This document shows, piece by piece, positions 1 through 12,029 of a DNA stretch of 64,000 bases. A program made the translations under genes and the position numbers. Each line of letters opens with the position of its first letter. The stretch's first letter is position 1. The notes beneath the pieces are model-generated. The model saw only the letters and a list, made by a program, of their open reading frames with translations. It ran no database searches and was not told the DNA's origin. This DNA comes from Octopus sinensis (Eukaryota), in contig NC_043009.1 of assembly GCF_006345805.1 (NCBI RefSeq), positions 58,342,001 to 58,406,000 on the forward strand, in the 5' to 3' direction.

Positions 1-36
1 CTAGAGTAGAAAAGAATGTTAATTTCTTTGTTTTAA

Positions 37-266
37 GGCGGGGAGCTGGCAGAAATGTTAGCACGCCGGGCGAAATGCATAGCGGTATTTCGTTTGCTTC
101 TACGTTCTAAGTTAAAATTCCGCTCAGGTCGACTTTGCCTTTCATCCTTTCGGGGTCGATGAATTAAATACCAGTTACGCACTGTGGTCGATATAATCGA
201 CTTAATCCGTTTGTCTGTCCTTGTTTGTCCTCTCCGTGTTCAGCCCCTTGTGGGTAGTAAAAAATA
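37..266 (+). mobile_element. SINE family A (tRNA-like head, GTCGACTTTGCCTTTCATCCTTTCGGGGTCGAT core); a partial second copy follows at ~281-430
   Basis: Shares head GGCGGNGAGCTGGCAGAA.CGTTAGCACGCCGGGCGAAATG, core and tail AGCCCCTTGTGGG with more than 10 other copies in the window. Confidence 0.85.
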
Positions 267-594
267 GTTATTTAGTCCAACTTTACGTTCTGAGTTCAAA
301 TTCCACAAAGGTCGTTTGTGCCTTTCATCCTTTTGAGGTTGACAAGTACCAGTTACGTACTGGGGTCGATCTAATCGACTGGCCCCCATCCCTAAAACTT
401 TCTGGACTTGTGCATAGAGTAGTAAGGAAAAGAATAGCTTTGTAACCACACAGCCATAACAACGCATATAACGGACCTATCTATTCAGCCCTTTTTTGAA
501 AAGGAAAAGAAAAGTCTTTATAAGTATAAATAACTTTTAAACTATTGATATGTAGGGATTTACAAGCTTGCAGTTTGAGTTTTTATGTTTCGCG

Positions 595-833
595 TTAGGC
601 CATAGTTGTGATTCTTCTATTTATGGGTGGGGGCGAGGAATGCTGGTTCGTGTCGTCTTCATTCTTGGAATTAACGGGACATCCAATCACTAAAGTAGAT
701 CTTGACTGCGGTCGTGAAACATTGGCCATAAAATCAGTAGACATTGCAACACCATCTCCACTTGTAATCCATGAATATCTATTGTCTTGGTGCCATGTAT
801 ATGCAAATGTATAACTTTTGGCATTTTTCACTT
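595..833 (-). CDS. Possible terminal coding exon of an unidentified minus-strand gene (KNAKSYTFAYTWHQDNRYSWITSGDG...ITTMA*)
   Basis: 78-aa non-repetitive open frame in unique sequence, with an AG just upstream (ttaag|TGAAAAATG); no recognised homology. Confidence 0.25.
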
Positions 834-941
834 AATGTTGCGTCAGTTATATATCAATGAAAATATAGCATTGTTTGTCGAAAAATAGTTTAATATGCAC
901 TCAATCTCACACACATACACACAGACACATATACACAACTA

Positions 942-1021
942 TGTATGTATGTATGTATGTATGTATGTATGTATGTATATATATATATATATATCTATCT
1001 ATGTATCTGTCTGTCTATCTA

Positions 1022-1104
<83 letters not shown>
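942..1104. repeat. Compound microsatellite (TATG)n-(TA)n-(TCTA/TCTG)-(TC)n
   Basis: Directly visible. Confidence 0.97.
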
Positions 1105-1109
<5 letters not shown>

Positions 1110-1689
1110 TATATAAATATATATATAAATATATATATATTGGACACAGTTTATCGAAAGTGTAAATATTAGGAATAAGATGTTTCAACATGGCTTCTGC
1201 ACATAAACATTACGTCAGTTAATCCATGTTTGTTTCGTGTCTCTTGCAATCGACTCATAAAAATATATTATGTAAAAACTATAAAAGAAAATCATATAGG
1301 TTTAAGCTGCATAAATCACTACCACGGAAACTGATCTTTCCAAAGGAGAAGGTAAGTAAAATGAACTTTGAAATTCACCGACGTTAAACATTCCATTGTT
1401 ATTTGTCTAAGTCGAGTAATTCTTTTACCTTTAGCCAGAGATGTGATAGTGGATTTGACATTTAATTCTGTAGTTTGGGAGAATATAGACTCATTGATAG
1501 AAATGATGTACATTTTCAGAGTTCTTTCAGAATTCAACATAATATTGTGAATTATTCTTCACTTTGGTGCTTCCAGTTTATATTATTGAAATACGTTTTC
1601 TATTGTGTGAAAATTGGAGAGCCAATATTTTTTAAACTCTGACCGATAATAACATATTGGTTTGAAATTTTCGTACAAGGACAGCAGTT

Positions 1690-1822
1690 TCAGGGATGAG
1701 AGCAAGTTGATATGGAAAGGATGAAAGGCAAATCGATCTTGGCGGAATTTGAACTCAGAACGTACAGACGCTTGTCATCTTGTCTCTTGTCAGGCGTGCT
1801 AATGATTCTTCTAGCTCACCGC
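1690..1822 (-). mobile_element. SINE family A, degenerate
   Basis: Reverse complement of core (AAAGGATGAAAGGCAAATCGA...GGCGGAATTTGAACTCAGAACGTA). Confidence 0.75.
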
Positions 1823-2065
1823 TTTGGTTCATGATTTAATATTATATGTGGGTTACCCCTGCCCTGCCTCCTACAAGAAAAGGAGTATAGTCTAGTTTCA
1901 TCTTGAATCTTACGATAACATCATGATCATAATTCCCTTTGGAATGAAATGAAATTTGAACGAAAGTTCAAATAAGGACCTGTGATGCATGAGCTGCATA
2001 AATTTCATAATCGTACAATTATGTATTGCCTCTGGATTATTTTGCTTGTTATAATCAGCACCCAC

Positions 2066-2410
2066 GTATACATACACACACACATACATACATACATACA
2101 TACATACATACATGCATGCAGATATACATACATACATGCATGCATGCATGCATGCATACATATATACATACAGACATACATACATGCATACATACATACA
2201 TGCATGCAGACATGCATACATACATACATACATACATACATACATACATACATACATACATACATACATACATACGTACGTACACAAATACATACATACA
2301 TACATACGTAAGTACACACATACATACATGCATACATACATACATACATACATACATACGTACATACATACATACATACATACATACATACATACGTACA
2401 TACATACATA
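2066..2410. repeat. (TACA)n/(TGCA) microsatellite
   Basis: Directly visible; accounts for the MYVC/HTYI ORFs. Confidence 0.97.
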
Positions 2411-2696
2411 GAAAACACTGCATAACTTAATCTTCGGAAATTAGGCTTATCAAGACCAGAAAACAGAAAAGTGATTCAAAGTCTACGAATCCAAGCCATC
2501 ACTGAAACAATAATGATCGGTAAAACTCCCCAGATGTTTCTCCTTTATGTATGTATATGCATGTCTAGATATGCAACTTTTTGCATGAGAAGACATCCAT
2601 AACGCGATACATACAAATCTGCTCGTACACATACATGCGTACCTGCATACATACATTGGCAATTAGTAGAAATTTACAACAGTTTTTTGTACGGTA

Positions 2697-2743
<47 letters not shown>

Positions 2744-3124
2744 TCTTTACTTGAATAATTATTTAATAAGATTTCTAAACGATGAACTTCTATTTTATTT
2801 ACATGATATATATTATATATTTTTATATACCTATATATTTTTATATATTACTTTATATTATATTTTTACTTTCTAGGTTTTCTTTTAAAAAAATGTATTT
2901 TTCTGAATCGCTAAAATATTAACTCTAAACTGTGATGAAAACAATTTTTTTCTCGTACCTTATTATTATTATATGCTTGCATGCTTGTACAGAGGAGTTA
3001 TGCTCCATCTTGCGGGACGTTTATATGTATATTTTATGATTAAATGTTCGAATTATGAAATGATATGCGGATGACCTTGCCTTTGTTTGTTCAATAACTT
3101 TAGTTTTGATATATATGTATATAT

Positions 3125-3169
<45 letters not shown>

Positions 3170-3438
3170 TTGCAATTAAGGACAACTACTTAATAAGGAA
3201 AACTTACAAGAAATTGTCAGGTAGATAGCGTAAAAACCTCATAAGAGAAAAAATTTCGAAAATAATTATTTCTTATTGAACATATTAATTTATATATAGA
3301 GGGCATAATTATACATACATGCCAGGAGGCATTATATATACCTGCCAAACGCTAAGAGGGACAATCAGTCATTTCTACCAAAAATATTACTAATCCCACC
3401 GAATGCAATTTTTCAAAGTAAGACATTTAAAAATATAT

Positions 3439-3486
3439 AGGCCTGTATCACAGTGATTTCATACTTACGTAATCATCAGCAGGCCT
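3439..3486 (-). ncRNA. Minimal type I hammerhead ribozyme motif
   Basis: Minus strand reads AGGCCUG CUGAUGA UUAC-GUAA-GUAU GAA A UCAC-U-GUGA U A CAGGCCU: 7-bp stem I, intact CUGAUGA/GAAA/UH core. Confidence 0.75.
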
Positions 3487-3911
3487 GAATGTATTATAAA
3501 TAAACAACGACCCGGTGGGATTAGTAATATTTTTGGTAGAAATGACTGATTGTCCCTCTTAGCGTTTGGCAGGTATATATAATGCCTCCTGGCATGTATG
3601 TATAATTATGCCCTCTATATATAAATTAATATGTTCAATAAGAAATAATTATTTTCGAAATTTTTTCTCTTATGAGGTTTTTACGCTATCTACCTGACAA
3701 TTTCTTGTTAAGTTTTCCTTATTAAGTAGTTGTCCTTAATTGCAAAATTTTAATTCCGAAAAAACTTTTCCTCTCCGAAATGCAATTTTGTAAAAGTTTG
3801 CCATTCACCCGGATGTAATATATATAAACTCACCCATGTGCTTCGTTGATGTTGATCAGTTAGCTGTTCGGCTTAAGCGAGCAGGGTCGTTGTTTATTTA
3901 TAATACATTCA

Positions 3912-3955
3912 GCCTGCTGATGATTACGTAAGTATGAAATCACTGTGATACAGGC
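3912..3955 (+). ncRNA. Minimal type I hammerhead ribozyme motif
   Basis: GCCUG CUGAUGA UUAC-GUAA-GUAU GAA A UCAC-U-GUGA U A CAGGC; predicted cleavage after AUA (position 3950). Confidence 0.75.
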
Positions 3956-4368
3956 CTATATAATTTTTAAATGTCTTACTTGAAAAATTGCATTCGGTGG
4001 GATTAGTAATATTTTTGGTAGAAATGACTGATTGTCCTCTTAGCGTTTGGCAGTATATATAATGCCTCCTGGCATGTATGTTATATTATGCCCTCTATAT
4101 ATAAATATATATATATATATACAGTGCCGTATAGTCATAAGTTATACAGATGGATAGGTGGGTTTTTCCAGTTCCTGTTTGCCAAATCCACTCACATGTT
4201 GTGCTAGGACCCGAGTTATGATAAAAGTCACGTGCACCATGGCCCTTGCTGTGGACAGAACGCAAAACCAACTGATTGCAAATCAAACTTCTTTACAGCA
4301 ACGAATGTCTAGGTTGTATATGGGTTTGATTTATGTCACAATGTATGTATATGTCATATATATATATC

Positions 4369-4411
<43 letters not shown>

Positions 4412-5215
4412 TATATATATATATATATATATATAGTTACGTACCTAAGTATATGCTTGTATATATAAATATGCATACACACACACACACACATATATAT
4501 ATATACGTACATATATATAAATAAGCATACACTCACACACATATATATATATATACGTACATGCACACACTCTTACATATATATATATATGTGTGTGTGT
4601 GGGTATGCAAATACATACACGTACACTTACATATGCGCACACATACACACACGCATATATCAATGCATACATATGCAGAAGTACATTCCCTATTGTGTAA
4701 ATATAAGTTATGAACCGCTTCAGAAATATTATTATTAACAGAACAAAAATGATGCAAAATAGAAACCACCTCAAACACCATTTTGAAAATACATATATAT
4801 CAACAAACTTTACAAGAAAAAAAAAAAACGACAAAAACAAAAACCAAAAAATAACAAAACCCTCTCCAGAATAACATAGTAATAAAACATAATAAAAGGA
4901 AATAAAGCAAGCAAAGTAAACTATGAGTAACCATAACCGACCCCCACCTCTTCCCCCTAACCATTCCTTGACTCACCCGACAGCCAAAGGAAATATAACT
5001 TAAAGATTAAAGGGCCGGTGGTCGGAATAATCTTTTCAGAAATTACAATGAACAAGGAGAAAGACTTATGTCTTGCTATCTCATCGATCATCGAAATATA
5101 AAAACCCAATTTATCTCACAAATGTTAAGAATAATGCTTGTCACAAGTGATATTGTTGTGCAGTCAAATATAAAGACGCCAGTTCAATGTCTATTATTAC
5201 TATTATTATTATTAC

Positions 5216-5259
<44 letters not shown>

Positions 5260-5310
5260 GGAGCATAAGCAGTAGTAGTAGTAATAGCAGCAGCAGCAGT
5301 GGCAGCAGTG

Positions 5311-5373
<63 letters not shown>

Positions 5374-5387
5374 TGATTATTGTTATT

Positions 5388-5595
5388 GAGGTGGCGAACT
5401 GGCTTAATCGTTAGCCCGCCGGGCGAAATGCTTAGCGGTATTTCGGCCGTCGCTACGTCCTCAGTTCAAATTCCGTCGAGATCGACTTAGCCTCTCATCC
5501 TTTTGGGGTTGATTAAATAAGAACCAATTAAACACTGGGGTCGACATAGTCCACTTAATCCCCTCACCTAAGCTGCCCTAGTGGTAAAAATTTAA
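5388..5595 (+). mobile_element. SINE family A
   Basis: Head and core match the other copies; flanked by trinucleotide microsatellites. Confidence 0.8.
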
Positions 5596-5597
5596 AA

Positions 5598-5652
<55 letters not shown>

Positions 5653-5666
5653 CATTATTATTATTA

Positions 5667-5880
5667 AGGGGCGAGCTGGCAGAATCGTTAGCACGTCGGA
5701 CACACTGTTTAGCGGTATTTCGTCTGCCGCTACCTCCTGAATTCAAAATCCACCATGTCCGCCTTTGCCTTTCATCCTTTCGGGGCCGATAAAATTAGTA
5801 CCAGTTACGCACTGGAGACGATGTAGTTGACTTATTCCCTTCTCCCAAATTTGAAGCCTTGTGCTTATACTAGAAAGGAT
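5667..5880 (+). mobile_element. SINE family A
   Basis: Head and core match the other copies. Confidence 0.8.
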
Positions 5881-6720
5881 TATAATTATAATTACTTATT
5901 TTCTTTGCACAGCTTCTACAGATGGTGATGTACTACGGTGCCAGCTGCTCACTCCCAGTGAACTAAGGTAACACCTCTTATTTTTCCAGCACTATCCGGA
6001 GTATTTCAGCGGTTCCAAGCAGTGCTGTTATCTAGAAGTTCTCCACCCATAATGCAGCCCCTATTTGTTCTATGTACTTTTCAAGATATTACTCACTGTT
6101 CCCAAGGCTCCAACAATTATTGATACTGCCTCCACCTTTTTCAGTCACAACTGCTTAATATCCCAAGCTAACTTCAGATATCTATCGAGTTTTCTTTCTT
6201 CCTTATCGCATACCTTGTTGTCAGATGCGCATGTTATATCTATGATCCACCATCGTTGCTTTCTTTCTCATTTAATGTTATGGTTGGTTTCTTATTCTCT
6301 GTCTCATGGTTGCACTGAATCATAAAATCCCATAGTATCTTTACGTTATCATTTTGGATGATGCCTTCGGGTTTTTTTTTCGTGCCAATTTTTTCTCTGT
6401 CAAGTCCATACTTGTTGCAAAGTGTCCAATGGACAGTCCTTGCTTTACTGTCATGACGTCTCTTATATTCTTTCTGGGCTACTGGCGTACATTGACTAGT
6501 AATATGCCGTACGGTTTCATAATTTTGTCTACAAATTCTGGAATTATCACTTTCTGATTTCATGTCTATTCTGTATTTGATGTAATTTATTCTTAGCGCT
6601 TGCTCTTGGGCAGCACAGATTAGAACCTCCATTTCCTGTTTTAAATCACATTTAGTCCTCCATAGCCATCTTTTTTATATGTCTGTCTTATCGTCCCTAT
6701 GAACTTGTCCATACATTCTT
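5881..6720 (-). mobile_element. 3' fragment of R4/Dong-clade (restriction-like endonuclease) non-LTR retrotransposon, decayed
   Basis: Translates to LICAAQEQALR...CRQNYETVRHITSQC...YKRRHD...VHW.LC...KILWDFMIQC; then IIDITC...KE.RKLDRY...IIVGALGTV...ALLGTAEILRIVLEK* (stop ~5978), followed by a 3'UTR and TAA-like tail. Confidence 0.85.
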
Positions 6721-7225
6721 TTCTTTACCCGCCTATTTTCTCTCTCATATCTAACTCAATTTTCCTTAGATGTCTACACTGTTTAGTTTCTCTTTTTCAT
6801 TGTCTATTTTATCCAAAACAATCTCATTATTATATACAGGCGCGATGTCTAGAAATATCATTACCTTTCAATTGGAGTTATTTCCAAGTCATGTTGGTTT
6901 GGATTTTGTATTAGCTTGCACATTCTAATCATTCCCACAACACATTGCTGTAGCGATATACGTCTTTTTTTACTCTCCACATTAAATTTATGCCATCTCT
7001 GTTTCCAGCAACCTTATATTTGAAACCATCCCCCTTGTCTGAAACACCCATTATCATCTTTTGCAACTGATATTTTGAATAAGATGAAATACATTTCTGC
7101 ATATTTGAAAACAATCTCTCATTGATAAGCTATGATTTCCTCTCTGATAAGCTATAATTTCCCTCACTCTGTGTATTAAGATATCCCAACATACCATACC
7201 TCTCTTATTTTTTATAATTTTTACT

Positions 7226-7607
7226 CTCTTTTTGCTTGTTGCAGTCATTTGACTGTGGCCATGCTGAAACACCGCCTTTAGTCGAGCAAATCGACCCCAG
7301 GAATTGTTTTTTGTAAGCCTAGTACTTACTCTGTCGGTCTTTTTTGCCGAACCGGGACGTAAACACACCAGCATCGGTTGTCAAGCGATGTTGGGGGGAC
7401 AAACACAGACACACAAACATATACACACACGTACATGTATATATATGCATATATATGACGGGCTTCCTTCAGCTTCCGTCTACCAAATCCACTCACAAGG
7501 CTTTGGTCGGCCCGAGGCTATAGTAAAAGACACTTGCCCAAGGTACCACTCAGTGGGACTGAATCCGGAACCATGCGGTTCGTAAGCAAGCTACTTACCA
7601 CACAGCC
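7226..7607 (-). mobile_element. SINE family B (tRNA-like head GGCTGTGTGGTAAG, CORE-like CCTTGGGCAAGTGTC, internal (TG)n, tail GGCGGTGCTCCAGCATGGCC)
   Basis: Colinear with the plus-strand copy at 9483-9850. Confidence 0.85.
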
Positions 7608-7629
7608 TATGCCATTCTCTGATGTAGAA

Positions 7630-8420
7630 ATCGTTTGTCGTGTATGACTACACCAAAAGTGAAAGCTATCAACTTTTTTTCTTATTAGTGTTTCATAACA
7701 CAGGTATTTCATGATAATGAATCTAATTTCCAGTGTACCTCTGCCCTAACTCTACATTTCTTTACAGATATCCTTTCTTAAATAAAAACTGGGCGGCCAA
7801 AATGAATATGGCTTTAAGTTTCTGCCGTAGTTTTTCATATTCTTCAGCTGTTGAATGAACTTCTCCTCCATTATATTATTTTCTTGATTTCTAGTGGACA
7901 GCTTTGACCCGTACTACAATCAAGTATCCTTCAGTAACAGCTTTCTCGGTTTTCTCTGCTCATGTGAATTTTGTTTTTCTATTCATTCAGCTTTTCATAC
8001 AGAGAATTGCTTTGACATTGACTGAGTATAGATTCTTCAGCCAAAATTTTAGTTTAATGTTTTGCTATTTACACGTATCACAATTTCTGTGGTTTCTAGC
8101 TTTCTTCTATAACTGTCTTCTCCACATTTTTATTTACATACTTTTTAATTTATTGTCGCCCCGTTTTTTCTATCATTTTCCATTATTCTTTACTCTAAAC
8201 TTCCAAAACCATAGAGTGGATATTTCATATTAGTTTTCTAGTTATGAACATGTTGCATCTGTATTCGTGAAAATACAATCTTTGCATATCAAATATATTT
8301 TTGTTGTATACTACAATCATTATTTTTCATGCTTTTTGTCTTGTTTTCTAAATTTTGTGAGCTTTCAATTGAAAACCAGATCACTAAATTTTATTACCGA
8401 GTCAACTATATTGTTGATAT
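7630..8420 (-). pseudogene. Highly decayed Penelope-like RT-thumb/GIY-YIG remnant
   Basis: Frameshifted pieces KFSDLVFN, NKN..K.SYR, IAKH.TKIL, CSTGQSCPLE, KKCRV and CSH occur in the order expected for PLE ORFs; many stops. Confidence 0.4.
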
Positions 8421-9482
8421 CTATTCCTTATTTTTGTAATAAGTCCAGCTTCAAGTTGCATTCAAATAGTTCTATAATATCCCTTCGTAACATATTATTG
8501 TCCTTTGAAACTTTTCAACCATTTCAAGCATTGATCTCTCAGTATTTGTTTGTATGAGTCTGTCATTATTCTCTGATCTCATCTCCTTAATTTAATATGA
8601 TGTTATGTTCTTAATTAATTTCCTTCGGCACATATTTACCATTCAGCAATTTTTGCTTGAATTTCATATAAATTTATTTCCATTTTGGAACTGCGTTCAT
8701 ATAAATTTATTTCCATTTATAAGTGCAGAGTGAGAAGCGACTGGGATGGTAGTACAAACAAGATGGATCAGCAAACTGCTATGTATGTGGCTGTAAGTGC
8801 CTGTTGCTTGTTTTCTGCCCTGAACAGCTGAAAATGGAAATTAAGGGCTCAAAGACAGCATTACAACAGCGGGGCCTAAAATGGCCTAATTGTACACTGA
8901 AAATGTTCTTTAAAGAATACTACCATCTAGAAAAGTGGCCGCAAAATTGCTTCCGACTCAATGCCCTGAGTGAAAGACAGAAAACCAAGGAGGTATTTCT
9001 GCTTCTAGCAATTCATTGTCGCTATGGAGATGAAGAAATGTAAAAAGCTGTCGTCAAACGTAAAACTTAAACGCATGAAAGTGGTAAAATAGAATTCAGT
9101 TGAAATGTCAGTCAATGAGGAGGAAACCCTTATGACGGGAATTCCCTAGTGTCTCTGATCATGAGCAAGATAAAGAAGGAATCAATGTATGGGGCATCTC
9201 TTTGCCTAAAACGTCTGACCTTGGGCAGGATTTGAAATCATTAAAGGTAGCAGAATATGTAGTGTCGAAAAATGCAGTGCTGTATTTGCTCCTGGTCTTC
9301 AGAAGTTCAAATCCCACCGAAGTCAGCTTCCCCACTTCAGGTAGGGAGCTGGCAGAGACATTAGAGTGTCGGACAAAATAATTATTGGCATTTCTTCCGG
9401 CTATTAAAGTTCTGGGGTCAAAGTCCCCTGATGACATTTTTGTCTTTTATCCTTTCGTGCTCGATAAAATAATTATCCGTTA

Positions 9483-9622
9483 GGCGCAGGAGTAGCTGTG
9501 TGGTAAGTAGTTTGCTTACCAACCACATGGTTCCGGGTTCAATTCCACTGCGTGGCACCTTGGACCAGTGTCTTCTAGTGTAGAATACCGTCGTATATGT
9601 ATGTATGTATATATATGTGTGT

Positions 9623-9664
<42 letters not shown>

Positions 9665-9850
9665 TTGTTCCCCACCATCACTTGGCAACTGAAGCTGGTG
9701 TGTTTACGTCCCTGTAACCTAGCGGTTCGGCAAAAGAGACCGATAGAATGAGTACTAGGCTCACAAAGAATAAGTCCTGGGGTCGATTTGGTCGACTAAT
9801 GGCGGTGCTCCAGCATGGCCGCAGTTAAATGACTAAAACAAGTAAAAGAG
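9483..9850 (+). mobile_element. SINE family B with internal deletion
   Basis: Box A/B-like head (GCTGTGTGGTAAG...GGTTCAATTCC), (TG)n spacer, shared tail. Confidence 0.85.
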
Positions 9851-9914
9851 TTTATCAGGAGCGATATAACTGGCTGTGTCCCTCCTCAGGAAATTCAGGC
9901 CTATTACTATTAAC

Positions 9915-10742
9915 AGCACGGCTACTTGCCAGTAATTTTAACGCCTCGGTCAAGATGCGCAACAGCATTCATTCAAGTTTACTTTCTGAGTTTAAATACT
10001 TCCGAGATCCCCTTTGTCTTTCATCCTTTCGGAGTCGATTAAATAATACCAGTTACGCAGTGGGGTCGATGTAATCGTCTTAATCCCTGTGTCTATCCTT
10101 GTTTGTCCCCTCTATGTCTAGCCCCTTGTGGGCAATGAAGAAATAAGAAACGTTAGCACGCCGGACGTAATGCGTAGCCGTATTTCGTCTGCCGCCACGT
10201 TCTGAGTTCAAATTCTGCCGAGGTCGACTTTGCCTTTCATCCTTTCGGGGTCGCTTAAATAAGTACCAGTTACTGGGGTCGATATAATCGACTTAATCCA
10301 TTTTTCTGTCCTTGTTTGTCCTCTCTCTGATTTTAGCCCCTTGTGGGTACTAAAGAAATAGGTATTTCGTCTCCCGTTACATTCTGAGTTCAAATTCCGT
10401 CAAGGTCGACCTAGACTTTCATCCTTTCGGTGTCGATTAAATAAGTACCATTTATGCACTGGGGTCGATATAATCGACTTAACCCCTTGTCTGTCCTTTT
10501 TGTCCCCTCTATATTTAGCCCCTTGTGGGGAATAAAGAAATATGAAACGTTAGCACGCCGGGCGGAAGGCTTAGCAGTATTTCGTCTGTCTTTACGTTCT
10601 GAGTTAAAATTCCGGCAATGTCGACTTTGCCTTTCATCCTTTTGGGGTCGTTAAATTAAGTACCAGTTGCATACTAGGATCGATCTAATCGACTAGCCTA
10701 CTCGCCCAAGATTTCGAGCCTTCTGTCTAGATTAGAAAAGAA
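9915..10742 (+). mobile_element. Four head-to-tail SINE family A copies
   Basis: Core CTTTCATCCTTT...GGTCGAT recurs at ~10020, 10235, 10415 and 10630. Confidence 0.85.
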
Positions 10743-11469
10743 AAGAATGTTGTTACTGATATTGTCACTGTTATTGTTTTTCTTGGTGATGCGCTGTCAG
10801 CACATGTTTATGAGATTGTGATAATTACTTGATGAAAAAATAACGAAAGAAAGAAAGAAGAAAGAAATTACGTTTTGTTTTTCTAATTTCACCAGCAGAG
10901 AGTTTAGTAATATTTAAACGTCCATCTGTTCTCCTAAATTACTAGAAATGGAAAAGAAAGTTTGTCCTTTGACATTTTATTGTGTACATATATTTTAGCA
11001 AACATCAGTATTTCTGCTTATTAGTAGTTCGATATAACCACCACCGTAGTAGTAGTAGAAGTAGTAAGAGGAGGTGAATACAACCCTTACATATGTTTTC
11101 AGACTCAGAGATAAAGGAGGAAAGTAGAAGAAGAATAATGGTAATTAAACAGAGTTATAAACACAAGCAGTTACAATTTGTGTAGCTCAACAGAAAATAA
11201 AGTGGCGGAAACACAAATTACAATGACAATGAAAATTTTAATGACGATAACAAAAGCACCACCAACAATACTTACACATCGTTTATTAGAATTTTCAGTA
11301 AAATTTGAGATAATTGACACAAGCGAGCCCAAGGCAAAAGAAAAATTGTGGAGGGGGTAAATAAGTAACTAAGATGAAAATTAAACAAAAAGAAGGGAAG
11401 GGTTTTGATAGAAAAAACAATTACTCCATATGAGATGAGGTTACCTACAAAAAGCGGTAGGGTATACGG

Positions 11470-11739
11470 TGTGATGTCTTTTCGTCCGACCTCACTTCGT
11501 CAAAAGTGGTTTCGTCCGGCGTTTTTTTTTGCCCGATGATTTTTTTTTTTGTCAAAGGAAAAATCCTGTCGATAAAATACTCAATGATTATTTGCTTGTG
11601 ATGTTCACCTTTTTTTCTAAAGAGTTTATTTAAAATTGGACAAAATATCGTTGGACAAGAACAAAAAAATACCTTTGAGGAAATGACATCGGATAAAAAA
11701 ACATGGATGAAGTGATATCGGACGAAAAGCTGGGTCACA
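11470..11739. mobile_element. Degenerate MITE with ~33-bp imperfect terminal inverted repeats
   Basis: TGTGATGTCTTTTCGTCCGACCTCACTTCGTC versus reverse complement of GATGAAGTGATATCGGACGAAAAGCTGGGTCACA; no clear TSD. Confidence 0.5.
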
Positions 11740-12029
11740 ATGGCACGCAAAATATCGACATGGCATCTTTTTATTAAAAAAAAAACATTGAAGAGCTTTG
11801 GAAAGTAGGCTCTTGTAAGTTTGAGTTTTTTTCTTGTAAATGAACCTTTGTGAACCCATGGATAGATCAAAAGATTCACAGGTACAAACGCTCAGAGGGG
11901 CATCTGGTTCGAAATTATCATTTTCTCTCTCTCTCTCACATACACACACATATAGATACATGTGTGTGTGGTGTGTGTGTGTGTGTGTGTGTGTGTGCTC
12001 CTGAGTTCAGTCCCACTACGTGGCACATC

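Larger units (their letters stand above)
3167..4106. mobile_element. Hammerhead-bearing non-autonomous element (retrozyme/Penelope pLTR-like) with inverted plus direct duplication, between (TA)n tracts
   Basis: 3167-3400 is the reverse complement of 3514-3748; 3401-3513 is the reverse complement of 3884-3995; 3513-3626 is directly repeated at 3995-4106 (period 482). Confidence 0.75.

Noticed and set aside
1319-1540. Minus-strand ORF as an upstream exon in phase with 595-833
   Set aside because: No credible acceptor, a weak donor and an in-frame stop just upstream
1910-2430. 100-160 aa ORFs (MYVC/HTYI repeats), and similar ones at 29362-29892, 32175-33074, 46544-47306 and 63356-63885
   Set aside because: Translations of (TACA)n/(TA)n microsatellites
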